Assembly (NCBI GenBank): GCA_965203325.1
Contig: OZ241875.1
Location: 544,001 to 608,000 of the forward strand
Source of the DNA: a bacterium
GTDB taxonomy: Bacteria; UBA8248
Direction: 5' to 3'
DNA length: 64,000 nucleotides
This document shows, one piece after another, positions 39,701 to 49,468 of the stretch; the stretch's first letter is position 1; the number at the start of each line of letters is the position of its first letter. The position numbers were made by a program, and so were the translations under genes. The notes under the pieces were generated by a model. That model did not search any database and had not been told where the DNA came from. It saw only the letters and a list, made by a program, of their open reading frames with translations.

Positions 39701-41779
39701 ATGCTGATCAAGCGCATCCTGCTGCTGCTCCCCTTTCTCATCGCGGCCGCGTTGTTCCAGTCCTACTTCTGGGTGCCGACGTTCTCCGATCAGACAAAAG
39801 GCGGCAGCGACGAGCGCCTCCGCCAGTTCATCACCGGCTCCATCGGCGACGCGCAAATCCTGAACCCTATCCTTCACGCCGACACGGCGAGCGGGGCCAT
39901 CGTCGATCAGATATTCGAGGGCCTCATCGACAGGGACCGCGACCTCTCCTACCGGGGCCGTCTGGCCGCCTCGTGGAAAATCTATGAGGAGGCGTTCTTC
40001 GTGCCCCATCCCGAGGGGCCCGGCGCGAAAGCCCTGGCGGAGCGCATCGAGCGGGCGCGCGCCGAAGGCGGGGCCGCATGGCTGGAAAACGTCGAAAAAG
40101 CCGAAACTATCGCTCCCGTCGAGGAGAAAACCGCCATCCGCACCCCGCCTCCCAAGGGCGGGAAAGCGCCTGGGCGAAAGGCCGTCGTCATCGCCTATCC
40201 CGCGCGGGTGAAGGTGACGCTCAAGAGCGTGGATCAGGACCTCTTCAAACATCTGGAGAAGCTGCTGGGCAAGAGCGGCCTCGCCAAAGACCCCGCTCCC
40301 TACCTCAAGACCAAGCTGCCCGATAAACTGCTCCCCTTCGCCGCGCGGCGCGTCAAGCTCACCGAGCACAACCCGATCATCATCTTCCAGCTCAGGCGCG
40401 GCGTGCGCTTTCACGACGGCCACGAGTTCGACTCCGGCGACGTGCGCTTCACCTACGAATCCATCATGAACCGCAAGAATCTCTCCCCCCGGGTGCCCGA
40501 CTACGAACCCGTCAAGCGCGTGGAAACGCCCGGTAAATTCACCGTCAAGATCACCTACAAGCGTCTCTACTCCCCCGCCTTCGGCTCCTGGGGCATGGGG
40601 ATGCTGCCCGAACACCTGCTGAACGCCGAAAAGCTCGCCGAAGAAGCGAAGCAAAAGGGCAAGGACCCAAAAGCGTTCAGCCTGCGCGACAGCGCGTTCA
40701 ACCGAAAACCCGTCGGCACGGGGCCTTTCGTCTTCAAGGAATGGCGCTCGGACGAACTCATCCGCCTCGGGCGGAACGAGCACTACTGGGAGGGGCCGCC
40801 CGAGTATCACGAATACGTCTACAGAATCCTGCCGGACCCCCTCACGCAGGAGATCACCTTCTACGCGGGCACGGTGGACCGCTACGGGGCGGGCGCACAC
40901 CAGGTCGAGCGGCTCAAGAAGGACCCGAGGTTCCAGGTGTTCTCGGGCCTCGGTTTTGGTTACACCTATGTCGGCTACAACCAGCGGCGCTGGCCGTTTC
41001 AGGACGCGCGCGTGCGCCGGGCGCTCGGCATGGCGGTGAACACCGCTCAGATTCACCGCTACGTGCTGAACGGCGAGGCCGAGGACATCACCGGCCCGTT
41101 CGTGAAGCAAAGCCCGCACTACAACAAAAAAATCAAGCCCCTGCCCTACGACCCCGAAGGCGCGGTGCGCCTGCTGCACGAGGCGGGGTTCAAGAAAAAA
41201 GACGGTATCCTGATGAAAGACGGCAAGCCCCTGGCCTTCAACCTCATGACGAACCACGGCAACGAGATCAGGCGCGCCGTCGGCACCGTGGTGCAGGACG
41301 CCTGGAAGAAGATCGGCGTCAAGATCACCTTCTCGCAAGTCGAGTGGGCGGTGTTCATCCGAAAGCACGTCAACCAGCTCAATTTCGACGCGGTCGTCCT
41401 CGGCTGGAGCATGGGCCTGGACCCGGACCTCTACCAGATCTGGCACTCGAGCCAGACGAACAAGGGCCAGCTCAATTTCGTGGGCTACAAGAACCCCAAG
41501 GCGGATGACCTCATCATCAAGATCCGCCAGGAATACGACCTCCCGACACAGGTCCGCTACGCGCACGCGCTACACAGCATCATTGCGGCGGATCAGCCCT
41601 ACACGTTCCTCTATGTCGGCAAGTGGACGGCGCTGCTCGACCGGAAAATCGCCGTCGCCAGGCGTCTCAGGAGCGGCAAATTACGGCCCGAAAAAATCCG
41701 CCCCACCATCACGGGCAACTATTCGTTCGACTTCAACGAGTGGCTGAAATTCCCCCAAATCCCCCGGTTCGAGAACTAA
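39701..41779 (+). CDS. Peptide ABC transporter substrate-binding protein (family 5)
   Basis: LNPIL, LRRGVRFHDG, PVGTGPF and RVRRAL motifs. Confidence 0.9.
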   Translation: MLIKRILLLLPFLIAAALFQSYFWVPTFSDQTKGGSDERLRQFITGSIGDAQILNPILHADTASGAIVDQIFEGLIDRDRDLSYRGRLAASWKIYEEAFFVPHPEGPGAKALAERIERARAEGGAAWLENVEKAETIAPVEEKTAIRTPPPKGGKAPGRKAVVIAYPARVKVTLKSVDQDLFKHLEKLLGKSGLAKDPAPYLKTKLPDKLLPFAARRVKLTEHNPIIIFQLRRGVRFHDGHEFDSGDVRFTYESIMNRKNLSPRVPDYEPVKRVETPGKFTVKITYKRLYSPAFGSWGMGMLPEHLLNAEKLAEEAKQKGKDPKAFSLRDSAFNRKPVGTGPFVFKEWRSDELIRLGRNEHYWEGPPEYHEYVYRILPDPLTQEITFYAGTVDRYGAGAHQVERLKKDPRFQVFSGLGFGYTYVGYNQRRWPFQDARVRRALGMAVNTAQIHRYVLNGEAEDITGPFVKQSPHYNKKIKPLPYDPEGAVRLLHEAGFKKKDGILMKDGKPLAFNLMTNHGNEIRRAVGTVVQDAWKKIGVKITFSQVEWAVFIRKHVNQLNFDAVVLGWSMGLDPDLYQIWHSSQTNKGQLNFVGYKNPKADDLIIKIRQEYDLPTQVRYAHALHSIIAADQPYTFLYVGKWTALLDRKIAVARRLRSGKLRPEKIRPTITGNYSFDFNEWLKFPQIPRFEN

Positions 41780-41780
41780 C

Positions 41781-42776
41781 GTGGGCGCCTACGTCATCCG
41801 CACGAGCCTGTTCAAGCTGGTGACGCTCTTCGTCATCTCGGTCGTGAGCTTTTTGATTATCCATCTCGCGCCCGGCGAGCCGAGCCAGATCGACCCCTTG
41901 AACCCGCGCTTCACCCAGGAAGACCTCGCGCGCTACCGCGCCGCCTTCGACCTCGACAAGCCGCTACCGGTGCAATACTGGCTCTTCTACAAGAAATTCT
42001 TCACCGGCGAACTCACGAGCCTCAAGGACAACCAGCCGGTTTTCGGGAAGATATGGCGGCGCTTCCTCATCAGCCTGCCGCTTTTCATCGTGGGCACCAT
42101 CATCACCTGGTGCCTCTCGTTCCCGCTGGGAATCGCGGGCGCGCTGCGGCGTTACAGCGTATTCGACCGCTCCACCACGTTTTTGAGCTATCTCATGATC
42201 TCGATGCCGAGCTTCTTCCTGGCCTACATCCTCATCATCGCCGTCGTCCAGGGGTTCACGCTGCCCTTCACCGACTACCGCGTGCCGGGTCTGGAAGTCT
42301 CCGTGCTGGGCATCGAGACCTTCGGACGCGGCGAGGTCTCCCCCCTGTTCCGGATCAACGACCGCGTCTGGCACCTGGTGCTGCCCAGCCTCGTGGGCGC
42401 GATAGGCGGCATCGCCGTTCTCTCGCGCTACGTGCGCGGCCAGATGATAGAGGTGGTGGATTCGGACTTCATCCGCACGGCCCACTCCAAGGGCCTGGAT
42501 GAGGACACCGTGAACTACGTGCACGTCTTGAGAAACGCGGCCCTTCCCTTCGTCACCATGTTCGGCCTCATCCTGCCGGGTCTGATCGGCGGCTCGGTCA
42601 TCATCGAGAACATCTTCGCGTGGCCCGGCATGGGGCGGCTGGGCTTCGAGGCCGTGCTGGCGCGGGATTATCCGGTGATCCTGAGCCTCAACTTCATCTC
42701 CGCCATCCTGGTCGTCATCGGCACCTTCATCTCGGACGTTCTGCTCGTCGTCGTCGACCCGAGGATCCGCCTGTGA
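41781..42776 (+). CDS. Peptide ABC transporter permease (OppB/DppB-like)
   Basis: LAPG.P, LDKPL.VQY, DFIRTA.SKGL, IENIFAWPGMG and DPRIR motifs. Confidence 0.92.
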   Translation: MGAYVIRTSLFKLVTLFVISVVSFLIIHLAPGEPSQIDPLNPRFTQEDLARYRAAFDLDKPLPVQYWLFYKKFFTGELTSLKDNQPVFGKIWRRFLISLPLFIVGTIITWCLSFPLGIAGALRRYSVFDRSTTFLSYLMISMPSFFLAYILIIAVVQGFTLPFTDYRVPGLEVSVLGIETFGRGEVSPLFRINDRVWHLVLPSLVGAIGGIAVLSRYVRGQMIEVVDSDFIRTAHSKGLDEDTVNYVHVLRNAALPFVTMFGLILPGLIGGSVIIENIFAWPGMGRLGFEAVLARDYPVILSLNFISAILVVIGTFISDVLLVVVDPRIRL

Positions 42777-44275
42777 ACGAAACGCTCGATATGCGCGAGA
42801 TGATCGAGGAGATGGGGGAAGAACTCACCCCCGGCCAGCGCGTTTGGCGGCACCTGCAGAAAAACCGCATGGCGATGGCGGGCGGCGTCGTGCTGGTGTT
42901 CTTCTTCGCCCTGGCGGCGATTGGCTTCGTCAATTCCGCCCTCATGAGCGATCCGATGTTCGACGCGAACGTCGTGCGCCTGCCGGACAAGCTGATGGCC
43001 CCCTTCTCCGCCCCGAACGAGAGCCAGGTGCCCAGGGAAAACCTCCCGCGCCTGGGGATATACGTGTTCGGCACCGACGATCTGGGCCGCGACGTGTTCG
43101 CCAGGATGCTGGAGGGCACCTTCATCTCGATGTCGGTGGGCTTCGTGGCCATCGGCATCGCCACCCTGCTGGGCGTCGCGATAGGCGGAATCGCAGGCTT
43201 CTACGGGGAGATCAAGCCGAGCGGCGCGCCCCTGTTCGGCTTCATCGGGGCGGGCCTCACCGGCTACGCCGTCTGGAACGAGCTGGGATTCCTGGCGCTC
43301 CTGTTCGCCATGGCGGGCGCAGGTCTGGGACTATCGGTGCGCCGCGACGGCCGCTCCCTGTTCTTAGAAGGCATGGCCTTCGGCGCGCTGCTGGGTCTCG
43401 CGCTCGGGCCGTTCGAGCCGTTCGGGTTCAGCGGCTTCACCTCCGACTCAGGCCTCAGCGTGCGCACGCCCTACTGGCGCGAGGGATTCCTGGGCGCGGC
43501 CTGCCTCGTAACGCTCGCCGCCTTCGGCGGGGCGCAGGGGCGGAACGCCGAGGAAAGCGCGGCGGACGGCTTCTCCCTGAGCGCCGTTTTCGGCGGAGGC
43601 CTCACCTATTTCCTCTTGTTCCTCGCAGGCCTGTATATCGCCTACCCGGGCCATGCGCCGCACGCCTGGACGAGCATCGCGGGGGCGGCGGTTTTCATTT
43701 ATCTCTACCAGCGATTCGACGTCACCGAGCGTCTCGGGCAATTCCGCCTGCCCAAGGTGGACGTCATCTACACCACGATCGTGGACGTGCAACTCTCGTT
43801 CCCCTCGTTTTTCGTGCTGCTAACCATCCTCGCTCTCGTGACGCCCAACATCTGGATCATCATGGTGGTCATCGGCGTCCTCGGCTGGGTCGGGCCGGCG
43901 CGTTTCGTGCGCGCGGAGATCCTCTCGCTCAGGGAGCAGCCCTTCGTGGAGTCCGCGCGCGCCTCGGGCGGCTCGGACAGGCTCATCATCTTCCGCTACC
44001 TCATCCCCAATTCGCTGGCGCCCGTGCTGGTCTCGGCCACCATCGGCATCGCGGGCGCAATTCTCACCGAAGCGAGCCTGAGCTTTCTGGGATTCGGCGT
44101 GCCGCCGCCCCAGGCGAGTTGGGGGAACATCTTCTCCGACGGCAAGAAATACATCTTCGACGCCCCCTGGCTCACCTTCATCCCGGGCTCCGCGATACTC
44201 GTCGTCATGCTCGCCTTCAACCTCTTCGGCGAGGGCCTGCGCGACGCCATGAACCCGAGGGCGAACTCCAGATAG
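42773..44275 (+). CDS. Peptide ABC transporter permease (OppC/DppC-like) with ~180-aa membrane insertion
   Basis: FGTDDLGRDV, FVESARASG, EASLSFLGFG and GEGLRDA motifs; GTG start overlaps the upstream stop. Confidence 0.9.
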   Translation: MNETLDMREMIEEMGEELTPGQRVWRHLQKNRMAMAGGVVLVFFFALAAIGFVNSALMSDPMFDANVVRLPDKLMAPFSAPNESQVPRENLPRLGIYVFGTDDLGRDVFARMLEGTFISMSVGFVAIGIATLLGVAIGGIAGFYGEIKPSGAPLFGFIGAGLTGYAVWNELGFLALLFAMAGAGLGLSVRRDGRSLFLEGMAFGALLGLALGPFEPFGFSGFTSDSGLSVRTPYWREGFLGAACLVTLAAFGGAQGRNAEESAADGFSLSAVFGGGLTYFLLFLAGLYIAYPGHAPHAWTSIAGAAVFIYLYQRFDVTERLGQFRLPKVDVIYTTIVDVQLSFPSFFVLLTILALVTPNIWIIMVVIGVLGWVGPARFVRAEILSLREQPFVESARASGGSDRLIIFRYLIPNSLAPVLVSATIGIAGAILTEASLSFLGFGVPPPQASWGNIFSDGKKYIFDAPWLTFIPGSAILVVMLAFNLFGEGLRDAMNPRANSR

Positions 44276-44384
44276 TGTCTTGCGGCGGGAAAGCGGATCG
44301 GGAGGCGTTGACAGCGCAGCATACGCGACGCTATATAGCCTCTTGGCCTGAGCGTTGCCCCGGATGAAAATTCTCAGGCTTCAT

Positions 44385-44471
44385 GCCCAAGTGGTGGAAT
44401 TGGTAGACACGCTAGCTTGAGGGGCTAGTGGGGGCAACCCCGTGTCGGTTCGAGTCCGGCCTTGGGCACCA
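44385..44471 (+). tRNA. tRNA-Leu (anticodon GAG)
   Basis: 87 nt; acceptor GCCCAAG/CTTGGGC + ACCA; anticodon arm CTAGC-TTGAGGG-GCTAG; long variable arm; GGTTCGAGTCC T-loop. Confidence 0.95.
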
Positions 44472-44596
44472 ATATACCTTTTCTCACATTTCCGTGAATA
44501 GCCTCACATGCATCAAAATCCCTTGAAATACAGGGGATTTATGCTTTCCGATGTGTTTGACACTTTCCTCTCTTTGTCCTACATTCCCCGTAATTG

Positions 44597-44620
44597 TGTT
44601 GTATAAATTGTTGGATAAGT
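44597..44620 (+). promoter_or_regulatory. Putative integrase arm-type binding sites
   Basis: Tandem 12-mers TGTTGTATAAAT / TGTTGGATAAGT (10/12) immediately upstream of the integrase. Confidence 0.45.
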
Positions 44621-44630
44621 GGAGAAGGGC

Positions 44631-45818
44631 ATGGGAAAACTCACGAACGCGAAGGTGAAATCACTCTCAAAATCCGGACTGCACACCGACGGGCAGACGC
44701 TTTATTTGCGCGTTGCGCCCGGTGGCTCAAAGGCCTGGGTGCAGCGAGTAATGATCAACGGCAAGCGTCACGATATAGGTTTGGGGGGCTGGCCGGTCGT
44801 TTCTCTCGAAAAAGCCAGACGGCGTGCATTCGAGAATCGCGTCGCAATAGCGGACGGGAGAGACCCTCTGGCGGAGAAGCGCCGAACCAAGGTGCCGACA
44901 TTTCACGAAGCGGCTCAAAAGACATACGAGACGCTCTCCCCTCGTTGGCGCAACGAGAAGGTGAAAAAGAATTGGTGGCAGATTTTAGAACGCCATGCGC
45001 TCAAGCGTATTGGCGATCTGCGCGTGGATGCGCTCGGGCGTGAGGACGTGCTCGCCGTGCTCACGCCCTTGTGGACAAGCAAGCCGGAAATGGGCCGCAA
45101 GCTCAGGAGAGGCATCAAGGCGATACTTTCATGGGCGCAGTCACATGGATACGTGGAAACGAACATGGCGGGCGATGTGCTTGATGGCGCATTGCCGTCC
45201 TTGCCAGCCGTCAAACAAAATTTCAGAGCACTGGATTTTCAAGAAGTGCCCGAGGCAGTTGAAACCATCAGGAACTCTCGGGCATCGCTGGCTGCCAAGG
45301 CGTGTCTCGAATTTGCAATTCTCACCGCGTGTAGAAGTGGCGAAGCGCGCAATGCGGAGTGGTCTGAAATCAACATCGTATCCCGGGAGTGGCGCATACC
45401 TGCCAGCCGAATGAAAAGCAGACGCGAGCACCGCCAACCGCTATCGGATGAGGCACTCATGGTGCTTGAGCAGGTGAATCCGCTTTCCAGTGGCGAGGGT
45501 CTGATTTTCCCCTCACCCGTGCGGAAGGGCAAACCGCTCAGCGATATGTCTCTCACCAAGGTGCTGCGCGACACAGGCCTTGCGCAGAAATGCGTCGTGC
45601 ATGGTTTCAGATCATCGTTCAGGACATGGGCGAGCGAGAACACAAACGCGGATCATGCCGTCATGGAATTGTGCCTCGCTCATGCTGTCGGCTCATCCGT
45701 CGAGCGAGCCTATGCACGTTCAGACCTTTATGCTAAGCGCGTGCGGCTAATGGAGTCGTGGGGTCGTTTCGTTTCTGGTGGCAAACGTGGAAAGGTGGTG
45801 AATTTTCGTCATGGATAA
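44631..45818 (+). CDS. P4-like tyrosine integrase with arm-binding N-terminal domain
   Basis: G.HTDG..LYLRV...GSKAW, IGLGGWP.VSL; catalytic R (CRSGE), K (RMK), HGFR, LAH, RAY. Confidence 0.95.
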   Translation: MGKLTNAKVKSLSKSGLHTDGQTLYLRVAPGGSKAWVQRVMINGKRHDIGLGGWPVVSLEKARRRAFENRVAIADGRDPLAEKRRTKVPTFHEAAQKTYETLSPRWRNEKVKKNWWQILERHALKRIGDLRVDALGREDVLAVLTPLWTSKPEMGRKLRRGIKAILSWAQSHGYVETNMAGDVLDGALPSLPAVKQNFRALDFQEVPEAVETIRNSRASLAAKACLEFAILTACRSGEARNAEWSEINIVSREWRIPASRMKSRREHRQPLSDEALMVLEQVNPLSSGEGLIFPSPVRKGKPLSDMSLTKVLRDTGLAQKCVVHGFRSSFRTWASENTNADHAVMELCLAHAVGSSVERAYARSDLYAKRVRLMESWGRFVSGGKRGKVVNFRHG

Positions 45819-46443
45819 GTCCACGTTTAACAAACTTGTGAGAGAAACCAGACTCAGAATGCGCATCATTTCGAAGAGTTTCGAAAATTCATACGGGTCG
45901 AATCCTGCGGAAATGATTGCCAAGACCTACTCAAGCGCAGAAGGAGAAGAGTTTCTAAGCAGTTTAATCGAACGCTCAGACATAAAGAGAGCAGCGTGGG
46001 ATACGACGAACTTGATCGCGCAAAAGTTGCTCCGAAAAGGGGAACAAACTCCACCTGAGTTAGCGGAATGGGTAGCCGACCTGCTAGCTGGCAAACGATC
46101 AATACCTAGTGGGCCAAACCCTGGCACGCACTTCGTGCGAAACATAACAATCTATATAGCCATTCGCTGGTTGGAAACCAAGAAAAACATTCCGCCGACA
46201 CGGAATGACGAAAAGAAGAGTATTCCTGATAAGGCTATAAATCGGTGCTGTTATCAGGGCGGGTCAGGGTGCGACATTGTTGGCATGGCAGTATTTGAAG
46301 AATGTGGCGACGATCTTACCTATGGAAGAACCAAAGACCTTTTTCTAAATGTCAGAAAAATGTTCTCACAGCATGAAGTCTGGAGCAGGATTGAGCGTCA
46401 ATTATTTATCCTTATGGATATTTTCAATTCTGTGGACAATTAA
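45811..46443 (+). CDS. Hypothetical protein
   Basis: 210-aa ORF overlapping the integrase stop and filling the gap to alpA; no motif recognised. Confidence 0.6.
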   Translation: MDKSTFNKLVRETRLRMRIISKSFENSYGSNPAEMIAKTYSSAEGEEFLSSLIERSDIKRAAWDTTNLIAQKLLRKGEQTPPELAEWVADLLAGKRSIPSGPNPGTHFVRNITIYIAIRWLETKKNIPPTRNDEKKSIPDKAINRCCYQGGSGCDIVGMAVFEECGDDLTYGRTKDLFLNVRKMFSQHEVWSRIERQLFILMDIFNSVDN

Positions 46444-46532
46444 TTCCCCATAATATTTTATCCACGAATCAATTTCACGACATCGCTACACTTGCGGGCA
46501 AGTGAGTTCACATACGCCTAAAGGAGGATGCG

Positions 46533-46757
46533 ATGCAAAAAGTCGGGAGGCTACTAACAAGACAGGAAGTCGAGAAGCGCCTAAGAATTTCAACAACCGC
46601 GCTTTATCGGTCGATGCGCAAGGGCTTGCTACCGGTACCGATTCGAATCGGTGGAAAGGCGGTTCGTTGGTCTGAGGAAGAGATTGAGGCCTATCTCACC
46701 GATCCCAAGAACCGCGCCACTGGCGATGCAGGTGTCGGCACACGAGACTCATCATGA
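46533..46757 (+). CDS. alpA: AlpA-family excisionase/regulator
   Basis: LLTRQEVE....S...LYR.M..G..P.PIRIG...VRW...EI; AAGGAGG RBS. Confidence 0.88.
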   Translation: MQKVGRLLTRQEVEKRLRISTTALYRSMRKGLLPVPIRIGGKAVRWSEEEIEAYLTDPKNRATGDAGVGTRDSS

Positions 46758-48493
46758 TGGCAAAGCTTTCAGCCTCAGATATTGCCCGGAGTCTTCAGTG
46801 TTCAAGTCGAAATGGAAAAGGCTGGAAGGCGTGTTGCCCTGCTCATGACGACCACAACCCGAGCTTGTCGATTACAGAGCGAGACGGCAAGATTCTCGTG
46901 CATTGCCATGCCGGGTGTTCTCAAGAATCCGTCATTTCAGCATTGAAAAAGCTCGGCCTGTGGAACGGCATTTCTCGTTTCTCGCTCCCCACACATATAG
47001 GAGAAAACGAAAAAACGAGAAATGGGACACCAGTACGCGAGACAATTTATCGGTATAAGTATGCTGATGGACAACATGCCTTCGACGTTGTTCGACGCGA
47101 CTTCCTGCATGGCAAGAAGTCGATTCGCCCGCGACTGCCTGGAGGCGAACTGAAAGCACATTCTGTACCGCAACCAATCTATCGCCTGCCAGAAATTTTG
47201 AATACCAACCTTGATAAGACCATCTTGATTTTTGAAGGGGAAAAATGTTGCGAGGCATGGCTCCACGCTATCGGTGGATATGAAGAGCTGGCCACCACTT
47301 GGGCAGGTGGCTCAAGTGCATGGCGGAAAACCGACTGGTCATGGGTGAAGGGGCGCTGGCTGCATCTGGTTGCGGATGCCGATGAACCAGGCCGTAAGGC
47401 AATGCATGCTCTTTCAACATACCTGCTAGCAGAACACGCACCCGCCTCCATCATCCTTTCGTGTCCTCCAGGAAATGGCGGTGAAGACATTGCCGATATC
47501 ATTGAATTAGATGGTCTCGAAGGAGCGCGCTGCTACCTCAACAATGAAGATTATCGGGAAACCATCCTACCTCCGAAAAAGACCGGTGGTCTCGGCCTTG
47601 TTTCGCTTGGGAAATTACTCGATATGCCGGATGAGCAAACCTCCTGGCTAGTAGAGAATATGCTTCCTACCGGTGGATTCTCTATGATGACGGCCAAGCC
47701 AAAAGTGGGGAAAAGCACACTCGCTCGTTGTTTGGCCCTCTCTGTTGCGCAAGGGAGACCATGGCTCGATCGGGAGGTGGCTCAAGGCCCAGTTGTTTAC
47801 TTAGCTCTTGAGGAAAAGAGCACGGAAGTCGTTCACCATTTTCGGGCTATGGGCATGAAAGAATCCGACCCTATTTTTGCATTAATCAACCGTGCGCCTC
47901 TTGGCGCAGACCAAAGATTAGTAGATGAGGTCCAAGAAAAAAAGCCATCATTGGTCATCATTGATCCGCTTTTTCGATTCGTGCGAATCGGCGATGGAAA
48001 TGATTATGTTCAAACCACGCGTGCGCTGGAGCCACTTTTAGGTCTGGCACGTGACACAGGAACACATATCCTTGCCACTCACCATACCCGAAAAGGTGCG
48101 GGAGTTGGCGGTGAAGAACTTTTAGGCTCGACGGCTCTTTTCGGTGCGGTGGACACCCTAGTTTCATTGAATCGAAAAGAAAAATATCGGACGATCCGTA
48201 CCATCCAGCGTTATGGGCAAGATGTACTGGAGACGATTATCGAGCTTGATGAGACAGGTTGGGTTCATGCCAAAGAAACACGGACCGAAGCGGATCAACA
48301 ACGTGTAAGTGAGGTGATCATACATTTCCTCAGGAATCGGAGTGAGGCCATGGAAGATGAAATAGTAAAGGGTGTCGTGGGAGCGACTAAATTAGTGAGG
48401 AAGACGCTAAGAGCACTTTTGGACGATGGGCGGGTGAGCAGAATCGGTGAGGGCAAGAAAGGAAATCCTTACAAATATTTTATTCCTGAATGA
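46754..48493 (+). CDS. Primase-helicase (Zn finger + Toprim-like + RecA-like AAA_25 helicase)
   Basis: CPAHDD..PSLS...HCHAGC; FEGEK...DAD.PG; AKPKVGKST, VIIDP, HHTRK and GSTALFGAVD. Confidence 0.85.
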   Translation: MMAKLSASDIARSLQCSSRNGKGWKACCPAHDDHNPSLSITERDGKILVHCHAGCSQESVISALKKLGLWNGISRFSLPTHIGENEKTRNGTPVRETIYRYKYADGQHAFDVVRRDFLHGKKSIRPRLPGGELKAHSVPQPIYRLPEILNTNLDKTILIFEGEKCCEAWLHAIGGYEELATTWAGGSSAWRKTDWSWVKGRWLHLVADADEPGRKAMHALSTYLLAEHAPASIILSCPPGNGGEDIADIIELDGLEGARCYLNNEDYRETILPPKKTGGLGLVSLGKLLDMPDEQTSWLVENMLPTGGFSMMTAKPKVGKSTLARCLALSVAQGRPWLDREVAQGPVVYLALEEKSTEVVHHFRAMGMKESDPIFALINRAPLGADQRLVDEVQEKKPSLVIIDPLFRFVRIGDGNDYVQTTRALEPLLGLARDTGTHILATHHTRKGAGVGGEELLGSTALFGAVDTLVSLNRKEKYRTIRTIQRYGQDVLETIIELDETGWVHAKETRTEADQQRVSEVIIHFLRNRSEAMEDEIVKGVVGATKLVRKTLRALLDDGRVSRIGEGKKGNPYKYFIPE

Positions 48494-48805
48494 TAAATTA
48501 ATTCTCGTTTCTCGTTTTTCCCCTAAGACGATGGAACGGAAAACGAGAAATTCAGGAAAAGGGAAATTGATTCTTTGCAAAATCGTACTGAACAGGCTAT
48601 GCGCGGTGTTGGTCGTTTCAGCACAACATCTTCTAAAGCACAAACCAAGCAGAAGTAGGCCGTCTCTCCGTTCAGATATCTATGAATTTGGAGTTAATCG
48701 CGTTGCGACAATGTAATGTGACAATGCCCACTCGTCCGTATGGGGACAGCCTAGGTATAGTCTAGAACTTATTTGAAGGTCGCTGGGATCGTAAAGTAAG
48801 GCATA

Positions 48806-49045
48806 TCAAGATATAAAAGACCCTTGAAATCTAATAGGGTATGGTCGCATGTTTCCAGGTGCTTCGGGTGTATATTCCGAAGCGCCGAAGGCCTTGAGGA
48901 CGGCGGCGGTTGCCTCGGCCTCGTCCCATACGGGGCGGTTGTCGAACTCGTCCGGTCCCGAGGTGGCGCCGAACAGCTGGGCCTGCTCGCAGACCATGGC
49001 GGTGAAGGATTCGTTCCGTGCTTCGTGTTCGCTGTGCTCGTGCAT
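48806..49045 (-). pseudogene. N-terminal fragment resembling plasmid/ICE DUF2493-type proteins
   Basis: AAGGAG RBS; S.T..V....QLFG.....DE.D.RP pattern; GC-rich sequence breaks into AT-rich DNA after ~55 codons. Confidence 0.5.
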
Positions 49046-49424
49046 GATTCTCTCCTTGTGGAAGTCGTTCGCCCGAAGCCTGTCTCCGAACGTGATGCCC
49101 ATCCGTTCCACGCGCGCACAGGGAAGCCACCATGGCCGCAAGGCCTGTCGCGGGGAGTGCGCGGGTGGTGCGGGCGCACAAGCGAGCCTGCGAGCGCGGA
49201 GCCTCGGCCGCGCGCTTCCTGCGACGGCGCTCCCGCCTTGCGAGTCATGGCCGGAACGCAGTGGAGGACCCCGCAGGGGTTGGCGCAGCGAGCACGTGTG
49301 GCACGATGAGACATCACGCAGGAAGAGCTAATGTCACTGATAAGAGCAGACGAGCCTCTCTCGCGTCCTGACCGGGCACCCACCTCTCTCATCGAACCAA
49401 GGAAGGCTTCCTCCGGGTCGGGAG

Positions 49425-49461
49425 CAAAAAGAATGGGCCGACGCGCGAGGCGCCGGCCCAT
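49425..49461 (-). terminator. Rho-independent terminator after the ssb fragment
   Basis: Minus strand ATGGGCCGGCGC-loop-GCGTCGGCCCAT followed by TCTTTTTG. Confidence 0.65.
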
Positions 49462-49468
49462 GAAGCAC

